Positions 26,325-33,024 of a DNA stretch of 33,024 nucleotides are shown in pieces. Position 1 is the first letter of the stretch. Each line of letters begins with the position of its first letter. The notes beneath the pieces were generated by a model that was not told where the DNA came from, searched no databases, and saw nothing but the letters and a program-made list of their open reading frames with translations. The translations under genes and the position numbers were made by a program. Location: the sequence record SRR20825019_2801. The stretch is one strand, 5' to 3'.

Positions 26325-27461
26325 TCAAAGCGCAGCCTGAAGCATGGTTTCATAGTCCTCGGCCGTTGCCTCGCGCGGGTTGGTGAGGTGGCTGTGATCG
26401 GCCAGCGCACCCGTGATCACCCGGTCGAACAGGTCCGACGTGACGCCCAGTTCCGAAAGGCGGGTGGGAAGCCCGATGGTGCGGGTCATCTCTTCGACCG
26501 CCGCACCAAGATCTGCGTCGGCGGCAAGACCCATAGCACTGGCCAGACGGGCATATTTGCCCTCGTCCACGGATGATTTGGCGTCGCGGTTGAAGGCCAG
26601 GACCGGCGGCATGAAAATGGCGTTCAGTGTGCCGTGATGCAGCTTTGGGTTGATACCGCCCAACGAATGGCTGAGGCTGTGAACGCAGCCCAGACCCTTC
26701 TGAAACGCCATCGCGCCCATGGTCGCCGCGATGGCCATGTTGGCCCGTGCATCACGGTTGTCGGGCGCGTCCACCGCAAGGCGGATATTGGCCCAGCCCC
26801 GGCGCAACCCTTCCAGCGCGATCCCATCGGCGGGCGGATTGAAGGAGGGGGCGAGGTAGGTTTCGATACAGTGGGAAATCGCGTCCATCCCGGTCGCCGC
26901 GGTCAGCACCGGTGGCAGGCTGAGCGTCAGTTCCGGGTCGACGATGGCCGCCCGGGGCACCAGATAGGGCGACAGCAAACCGACCTTGCGTCCGTCTTCC
27001 AGGATAATGATGGCGGCGCGGCCCACTTCGCTGCCGGTGCCGGCGGTGGTTGGCACGGCGATGGTCGGGAACGTGCGCGGCGTGATCTTTGCCAGTCCGC
27101 CCTCGATCACGGCATAGGTCTTCAGCGGTCCCTCATGCGCGGCCATGACCGCTACGGCCTTGGCAAGATCCAGAGCCGAGCCGCCGCCGATGGCGATCAC
27201 GCCATCACCATCAGCCTCGCGGAAAAGCGCGGTCGCCTTGACGGCAGAGGCTTCGGTCGGGTTGCCGGGGGTTTCGTCGAACACGGCAACAGGGATAACA
27301 CCCGTGGCGGCCTCAATGCGCGCCAGCATGCCAAGCGCACGGACGCCCTTGTCGGTGACGATGACGGGGCGGGTTATCCCCGCAAGCGCCAGCTCCTCCT
27401 TGAGCGTTGCGATTTCGCCGTACCCGAATTGGACCCGCGTGACGTAGTTGATCAGGCTCAT
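26325..27461 (-). CDS. Iron-containing alcohol dehydrogenase (4-hydroxybutyrate dehydrogenase-like)
   Basis: VTDKGV, GGGSALDLAK, PTTAGTGSEVG, DAISHCIE, HSLSH and HHGTLN. SD GGAGG. Confidence 0.9.
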   Translation of the reverse strand: MSLINYVTRVQFGYGEIATLKEELALAGITRPVIVTDKGVRALGMLARIEAATGVIPVAVFDETPGNPTEASAVKATALFREADGDGVIAIGGGSALDLAKAVAVMAAHEGPLKTYAVIEGGLAKITPRTFPTIAVPTTAGTGSEVGRAAIIILEDGRKVGLLSPYLVPRAAIVDPELTLSLPPVLTAATGMDAISHCIETYLAPSFNPPADGIALEGLRRGWANIRLAVDAPDNRDARANMAIAATMGAMAFQKGLGCVHSLSHSLGGINPKLHHGTLNAIFMPPVLAFNRDAKSSVDEGKYARLASAMGLAADADLGAAVEEMTRTIGLPTRLSELGVTSDLFDRVITGALADHSHLTNPREATAEDYETMLQAAL

Positions 27462-27585
27462 AGGCCTCCCCCCTGCTTTGGTATTCCCGTTTGGCAACAC
27501 GCAAACCCATGTTTTTGGGCGATGCGGCTGGAATTTCATCTATTCGCGCAAAATATCGGCAGAAGGGGGGCTGTAAATGCGCTAT

Positions 27586-27600
27586 TATCAGATATGGATA
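27586..27600. promoter_or_regulatory. Putative LysR box
   Basis: TATC-N7-GATA dyad in the AT-rich divergent promoter region. Confidence 0.45.
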
Positions 27601-27624
27601 TAACAAAAAGGAAATCCATAACCC

Positions 27625-28560
27625 ATGCCGCGCACCTATTCACAGCCGATGACGCGCCTCTCCATGCGACAATTGCTTTTGATATCCGCAATCGACGACA
27701 ACGGCTCGCTGAAGCGCGCGTCCGAACTGATCGGGATGAGCCAGCCGCGTGCCACCAAGGCGCTGCAGGAGGCCGAGGAGCTTACGGGCACGAAGCTGTT
27801 CAACCGGACCAACCGCGGCCTGAACCCGACACATGCGGGCGAGTCCATGATCCGACACGCCAAGACGATCCTGTCCCAGCTGACGGAGATGGAAGAAGAG
27901 TTACGCACGGCGTCGGACAGCGGTTGGGCCAAGTTGCGGATTGGCACGATCATGGGGGCCGTGCCCTATCTGACGGAAACCATCAGCAACTACCTTCGGC
28001 GGTTTCCCCGCACCTCGTTCGAGATCCTGGAGGACACCAGCGTCGAACTGTTCCGGCAGCTGGACCGGGGGATGCTCGACCTTATCATCGGGCGCAGTTC
28101 CATGATCGCGACGCCGCAGCTTTACCATGTGACGGCCTTCCACGATGAACGGCTGGCGGTGGTCGCCAATCCCGCGCACCCGCTGATTGGTCAAAAGCGG
28201 GTGCGCCTGACGGACCTCGAGGATGCGCGCTGGATTGTCTACACTGCGGCGATGCCCATGCGGTTGCTGCTGGAACAGGAGTTTCGCCAGGCCGGGCTTG
28301 GCATGCCCGAGGGGCTGATGGAGACGCGCTCTGCGCTGACCACGATCTCGCTGATACAGGCCGAACCGAACACGGTGGCGTTGCTGTCCAGCGATGTTGC
28401 GGCATTTTTCGTGAACTTTGGCATGGCAAGCGTCCTGCCGATGCACCTGCGATCAAAAAGCGAGCCTTACGAAGTGATCACGCGTCGCTCGGTCGAGCAG
28501 CCCCCCCACGCGCTGGCCTTTATCGAGGATCTCGTTGCCGGAGCGATGACCCGGCTCTGA
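27625..28560 (+). CDS. LysR family regulator (GbpR-like), divergent from the Fe-ADH operon
   Basis: RLSMRQLLLISAIDDNGSLKRASELIGMSQPRATKALQEAEE...LFNRTNRGL. Alternative start at 27649. Confidence 0.9.
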   Translation: MPRTYSQPMTRLSMRQLLLISAIDDNGSLKRASELIGMSQPRATKALQEAEELTGTKLFNRTNRGLNPTHAGESMIRHAKTILSQLTEMEEELRTASDSGWAKLRIGTIMGAVPYLTETISNYLRRFPRTSFEILEDTSVELFRQLDRGMLDLIIGRSSMIATPQLYHVTAFHDERLAVVANPAHPLIGQKRVRLTDLEDARWIVYTAAMPMRLLLEQEFRQAGLGMPEGLMETRSALTTISLIQAEPNTVALLSSDVAAFFVNFGMASVLPMHLRSKSEPYEVITRRSVEQPPHALAFIEDLVAGAMTRL

Positions 28561-28628
28561 GGGCTGACCCGACTTTCCCATTGCAGGTTCTCGTTCTTGA
28601 CAACCCGGTTGGATTAAGACCATCTGCG

Positions 28629-28817
28629 CGTGTGTTGGTGCCTGTGCAAGCAGGTGAAAAGGGAATCTGCAGCCGGAAGCTTTTCCGGTCAAGCAAAGCC
28701 GCCCCCGCGACCGTGAACGGAAATAAGGTGTGTCACCGCCACTGGCCTATGGCTGGGAAGGCAGACGCACCGCAGGGCACCGCCCTGGATCCGTGAGCCG
28801 GGAGACCTGCCAGCACG
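28629..28817 (+). ncRNA. Cobalamin riboswitch (B12 element)
   Basis: Conserved blocks in order: AAAAGGGAA, GCCCCCGCGACCGTGA, GCCACTGG..GGGAAGG and the B12 box GAGCCGGGAGACCTGCC. Lies upstream of cob genes. Boundaries approximate. Confidence 0.92.
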
Positions 28818-28922
28818 TATTGCCACGACCGGACGGGGTGTTCCGGTGTCGGGGATTGCTCTGCTGGTCAGTGCTGCCTCGCCATCAGACCCGCGTTCCA
28901 TTTTAGAATGGGACAGAGGACC

Positions 28923-29342
28923 ATGACAGAGCCACGAAAGCCCGAAGACCTGGACAGGACAGCCACGCAATTGCTTGTTTGCGTCAAGTGCCTGCGGGGT
29001 CAGGGCATCCTGCAAGATGCGCGCCGCCCCGGGCAGGCGCTTTATGATGCGATCACCGGACTGGATGTGCCGGAGGGCATCAGCATTGCCCCCGTCGAAT
29101 GCCTGCAAAATTGCGACTACGGCTGCACCGTCGCGCTGCGCGGCGGGGATAACAAATGGACCTATGTCTTTGCCAATGTCGATGAGGCGGATCATCCGGC
29201 GATGATCCTGGACGGCGCTGTGCGCTATCACGCAACACCCGACGGTTTGATCCCCTGGCGCGATCGCCCCGAGCATTTCAAACGCAACTGCGTTGCCCGC
29301 ATTCCCCCGATGACCCAGCCCCTGGAGGCCCTGAATGACTGA
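28923..29342 (+). CDS. DUF1636 family metal-binding protein (cobalamin-associated)
   Basis: LLVCVKC, VECLQNCDYGCTVAL, KWTYVF and DGLIPWRDRP...VARIPP. SD GAGGA. Confidence 0.85.
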   Translation: MTEPRKPEDLDRTATQLLVCVKCLRGQGILQDARRPGQALYDAITGLDVPEGISIAPVECLQNCDYGCTVALRGGDNKWTYVFANVDEADHPAMILDGAVRYHATPDGLIPWRDRPEHFKRNCVARIPPMTQPLEALND

Positions 29343-30393
29343 TCTTGCAAAACTTCCCGTAACCGTGATCACCGGCTTTCTCGGCTCCGGCAAAACAACC
29401 CTGATCCGCAATCTGATGCAGAACCCGGGCGGCAAGCGATTGGCCGTGATCGTGAATGAATTCGGTGATGTCGGCGTGGACGGCGACATTCTGAAATCCT
29501 GTGCAATCCCCGAATGTCCGGCTGAAAATATTCTTGAACTGGCCAACGGATGTATCTGCTGCACGGTGGCGGATGATTTCATCCCCACGATCGAGGCGCT
29601 GATGGCGCTGGACCCGCGGCCCGATCATATCCTGATTGAAACCTCGGGACTGGCCTTGCCAAAACCGCTTCTCAAGGCGTTCGACTGGCCTGATATCCGG
29701 TCCAGAATTACGGTCGATGGTGTCATCGCGCTGGCCGATGCCGAAGCAGTTGCAGCGGGGCGGTTTGCCCCCAATGTCGCAGCGGTTGACGCGCAACGCG
29801 CGGCGGACGACAGCATTGATCACGAAACACCGCTCTCCGAGGTGTTCGAGGACCAGATATCCTGTGCCGATATCATCCTGCTGACAAAGCCGGACCTGGC
29901 TGGCCCCGAAGGGGTTGCCAAAGCCAAGGCGTTGATTGCAACCGAACTGCCGCGTCCGCTGCCGGTGATCGAGGTTGCCGAAGGTGTCGTCGATCCGCGC
30001 ATTATTCTGGGGCTTGAGGCGGCTGCAGAAGATGACATGGAGGCCCGGCCAAGCCATCACGATGACCACGACGATCATGAGCATGACGATTTCGAATCCA
30101 TTGTTGTCGAAATCCCCGATCAGGAGGACCCCGCCGCGCTGGTCGCCGCAATCGAAGGACTTGCGCGCGATCACAACATCCTGCGCGTCAAGGGATACGT
30201 GGCGATTGCGGGCAAGCCGATGCGCCTGTTGGTGCAAGCGGTGGGTGCGCGGGTGCGTCATCAGTACGACCGCCCGTGGCGGGATGGTGAAGTACGGCAA
30301 GGCCGGTTGGTCGTGATCGCTGAACACGACGACATCAACCCCGAGATGATCCACGCCGCCCTTGGTTCGACACTGACCGCGGCGGCAGAGTAA
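29335..30393 (+). CDS. cobW: Cobalamin biosynthesis GTPase/metallochaperone CobW
   Basis: GFLGSGKTT, VNEFG, GCICCTVADDF, IETSGLA, a His/Asp-rich tract HHDDHDDHEHDD, and LRVKG. Confidence 0.95.
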   Translation: MTDLAKLPVTVITGFLGSGKTTLIRNLMQNPGGKRLAVIVNEFGDVGVDGDILKSCAIPECPAENILELANGCICCTVADDFIPTIEALMALDPRPDHILIETSGLALPKPLLKAFDWPDIRSRITVDGVIALADAEAVAAGRFAPNVAAVDAQRAADDSIDHETPLSEVFEDQISCADIILLTKPDLAGPEGVAKAKALIATELPRPLPVIEVAEGVVDPRIILGLEAAAEDDMEARPSHHDDHDDHEHDDFESIVVEIPDQEDPAALVAAIEGLARDHNILRVKGYVAIAGKPMRLLVQAVGARVRHQYDRPWRDGEVRQGRLVVIAEHDDINPEMIHAALGSTLTAAAE

Positions 30394-30399
30394 CAGCCG

Positions 30400-33024
30400 A
30401 TGCATGTTGTCTTTCGCGAAGGTCACGGGCTGGAAGAGACCGAAACACCAACTGATCTGGGCCAGGATGCCGCGGATTTGGTTGTGTTGTCTCTGTCCGA
30501 TTCCGACCTTGGGGCGTTCGCGGAAGGCTGGCACAGGGGCGGCGGACCGCAAGGTCGCCTGCCCACGCTCAGGCTGGCCAATATCGCCGCGCTCAAGCAT
30601 CCGCTTTCGGTTGATACATATGTCGAGAGCACGCTTTCCGGCGCCAGGGGCATCCTGATCCGGTTGATTGGTGGCGTGCCGTACTGGCCCTATGGCCTGC
30701 AACACATTCAGTCGCTGGTCCGCACCCACGGTATCGCGCTGGCGGTGGTGCCTGCTGACGGGCGGCCTGACAGCCGGTTGGACGAAATCTCCACCCTGCC
30801 GATTTCCACCCTGCGCCGGTTGGCGCGCCTGTGCGACAACGGCGGAGCGGTCGCGGCGCAGGCGGCCTTGGCGCAACTGGCACTGGCGGCAGGGCTTTAT
30901 GCCGGTCCTGTGCAAGGTGCCAAAGGTCTGCCACCTGTCGGTGCATGGACACCGGAAACCGGGCCAGCCTGTCCTGCGCTGGCCATGGCGCAGCCCCCGG
31001 CAGAGGCCGGGCGTCAGCGTGTCGCAATTGTCTTTTACCGGTCCTATCTGGTCGCCGCCGACCTCGCGCCGATCGAGGCGTTGTTTTCTGCGTTCCGCAG
31101 GCAGGGGTGCGATGTGGTGGCGTTGTTCGTCCCGTCGCTGAAGGCACCGGAAGCAGCAGGCTGGCTGCGCCGCCAGATGGCCCAACTGGCCCCTGACGCC
31201 ATCATTAACGCAACCGCGTTTTCCGGCAAAGGCGTCGATGGCCGTTCGCCGCTGGATGCGGCAGGCGTCCCGGTGTTTCAGGTTGCTCTGGCCACCTCGA
31301 CCCGCGACGCCTGGGCCAAGGCCGAACGCGGGCTTTCGCCGTCGGATCTGGCGATGCATGTTGTTTTGCCAGAGGTGGACGGGCGCATTCTGGCCGGCGT
31401 GGCATCGTTCAAACAGGCGGGCCCGCGCGATCCACATTTGCAGTTTTCCCGCTTTGCCCATCAGGCCGACGCCGAGCGTATCGAGGCGATCACGAAACGC
31501 ATCATGGGTTGGCTGAAGCTTGCAAGACAGGAACCGGGCAACCGGCGCGTTGCGATGGTGCTTTCGACCTATCCTGGCAAGGACTGGAACATGGGTCATG
31601 CGGTTGGCCTTGATGCGTTGCAATCTGCCGGAACGATACTCGCTGATCTCGCCTCTTCCGGCTATGATGCGGGGTCAGGCGATGCACCCGCAGGTGACGC
31701 GCTTCAGCGTATTCTGGCCACCTGTGAAACTTGCTGGCCCTTGGCCAACTACAAGGCCGCGCAGGAAAAGCTGCCCGCATCGATGCGCGCGGATCTTCAG
31801 GAGGCATGGGGCACCCCCGAGGACGACCCGGATGCCCGCGATGGTGCGTTTTATTTTACAGCCGCGCGCTTTGGCAAAATCTGGGTTGCGCTGCAACCGG
31901 AACGCGGACTGCAAGAAGGACGAGAGGACAGCTATCACGACCTGTCGCGCGTGCCGCGTCATGCCTATGTTGCCTTTTACCTCTGGCTCCAGGATCAGGC
32001 CGATGCGCTGGTTCATATCGGTGCGCATGGCACGCTGGAATGGCTGCCGGGCAAATCAGTCGCGCTTTCTGGTGCTTGCTGGCCCGAGGCGCTGACCGGT
32101 GCATTGCCGGTGATCTACCCTTTTATCGTCAACGACCCCGGCGAGGCCGCACAGGCCAAGCGACGGATCGGCGCTGTGACCCTTGGACATATTCCGCCCC
32201 CCTTGCGTGACAGTGGCACGCCGGAACGGCTGTCCCGTCTTGAATCGCTGCTGGATGAATTTTCCAACGCGGACGGGCTTGATCCACGTAGGCGTGACCG
32301 GCTTCAGGGTGACATCCGCGCCGAAGCGCAGACCCAAGGGGTCGAACGCGATCTCGGGCTTGACGGTGCCGCGTGCAGCGCCGAGGCGATCACCCGCATT
32401 GACCGCTTTGTCTGTGACATCAAAGAGAGCCAGTTTGGCGAAGGATTGCATATCTGGGGCCGTGTCCCTGCTGGCAAGACGCCCTTTGCGACCGCGGAGT
32501 CGGCAAAAGGTGAACGGCAATCGCTTTTGGATGCGCTGGACGGACGGCGTATCGAGGCCGGGCCGTCCGGGTCGCCCTATCGGGGGCGATCCGACGTGCT
32601 GCCCACGGGGCGCAATCTGTACACGACAGACCCGCGCGCGGTGCCGACCCGCGCCGCCTATGCTCAGGGCGTGCGGCTGGCAGAGGAGCTGATCCGCCGG
32701 CACCTTCAGGATGAGGGTGATTGGCCGCGCGGGCTGATTGTCGATCTTTGGGGATCGGCCACAATGCGCACCGCAGGCGAGGAATTCGCCATGGCGCTGC
32801 ATCTTCTGGGTGTCCGTCCCGTCTGGGATGCCGGATCCGAGCGTGTCTCGGGGGTCGAGGTCGTGCCGTTGGCTGAAATGAACCGCCCGCGCATAGATGT
32901 CACCTTGCGGGTCTCAGGCTTGTTCCGCGACGTGTTCCCCACGCTGTCGACGCTTTTTGCACAGGCGGTCCGTGTTCTGGCGGCCCGTGACGAGGAAAAG
33001 GACTGGAACCCCTATGTGGGACGC
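30400..33024 (+). CDS. cobN: Cobaltochelatase subunit CobN (partial, runs off the window)
   Basis: Starts MHVVFREGHGLEETETPTDLGQ. Contains LPEVDGR, HIGAHGTLEWLPGK, NDPGEAAQAKRR, LPTGRNLY and RPRIDVTLRVSGLFRD. The start and the last codons (DWNPYVGR) are in the same frame. Confidence 0.95.
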   Translation, partial: MHVVFREGHGLEETETPTDLGQDAADLVVLSLSDSDLGAFAEGWHRGGGPQGRLPTLRLANIAALKHPLSVDTYVESTLSGARGILIRLIGGVPYWPYGLQHIQSLVRTHGIALAVVPADGRPDSRLDEISTLPISTLRRLARLCDNGGAVAAQAALAQLALAAGLYAGPVQGAKGLPPVGAWTPETGPACPALAMAQPPAEAGRQRVAIVFYRSYLVAADLAPIEALFSAFRRQGCDVVALFVPSLKAPEAAGWLRRQMAQLAPDAIINATAFSGKGVDGRSPLDAAGVPVFQVALATSTRDAWAKAERGLSPSDLAMHVVLPEVDGRILAGVASFKQAGPRDPHLQFSRFAHQADAERIEAITKRIMGWLKLARQEPGNRRVAMVLSTYPGKDWNMGHAVGLDALQSAGTILADLASSGYDAGSGDAPAGDALQRILATCETCWPLANYKAAQEKLPASMRADLQEAWGTPEDDPDARDGAFYFTAARFGKIWVALQPERGLQEGREDSYHDLSRVPRHAYVAFYLWLQDQADALVHIGAHGTLEWLPGKSVALSGACWPEALTGALPVIYPFIVNDPGEAAQAKRRIGAVTLGHIPPPLRDSGTPERLSRLESLLDEFSNADGLDPRRRDRLQGDIRAEAQTQGVERDLGLDGAACSAEAITRIDRFVCDIKESQFGEGLHIWGRVPAGKTPFATAESAKGERQSLLDALDGRRIEAGPSGSPYRGRSDVLPTGRNLYTTDPRAVPTRAAYAQGVRLAEELIRRHLQDEGDWPRGLIVDLWGSATMRTAGEEFAMALHLLGVRPVWDAGSERVSGVEVVPLAEMNRPRIDVTLRVSGLFRDVFPTLSTLFAQAVRVLAARDEEKDWNPYVGR

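Noticed and set aside
24779-28148. 511-aa and 504-aa plus-strand ORFs
   Set aside because: They lie antisense or off-frame to the well-supported ALDH, Fe-ADH and LysR genes and have Arg/Gly-rich shadow composition.
30050-30090. Short CAT/GAC/GAT repeats
   Set aside because: They encode the normal His/Asp-rich metal-binding tract of CobW.
29278-31623. 781-aa minus-strand ORF
   Set aside because: Antisense shadow of cobW/cobN in high-GC DNA, with no recognisable motifs.
1-33024. CRISPR arrays, tRNA/rRNA genes, integrase or att sites
   Set aside because: No regularly spaced repeats, structural RNA signatures (other than the B12 riboswitch) or recombinase ORFs were seen by eye.

Overview
GC-rich alphaproteobacterial DNA, most likely Rhodobacteraceae, inferred from the cobalamin riboswitch-DUF1636-cobW-cobN block. 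Bases 1 to ~28,560 are a patchwork of accessory catabolic and stress modules, several decaying. In order: an Asp/Glu/hydantoin racemase; a 3'-truncated M20 amidohydrolase; an IS6 relic; a three-subunit PaoABC/YagTSR-like molybdoenzyme with a divergent TetR and its operator; a metallophosphoesterase; an intact phosphonoalanine/phosphonopyruvate catabolic cluster (LysR, ABC importer, aminotransferase, phosphonopyruvate hydrolase-like enzyme); RidA/LysR; a frameshifted GST with TetR; a bdcA/bdcR-like pair fused by a deletion; a solo GSU2403-type nucleotidyltransferase behind a ~64-bp double palindrome; and a LysR-controlled Fe-ADH/aldehyde dehydrogenase/TRAP/D-lactate dehydrogenase operon whose dctP has an in-frame amber stop. 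From ~28,600 the window enters ordinary cobalamin biosynthesis genes, with cobN running off the right edge. No tRNA, rRNA or CRISPR array was seen. All family calls rest on motifs read by eye and recalled family knowledge; no database search was run.
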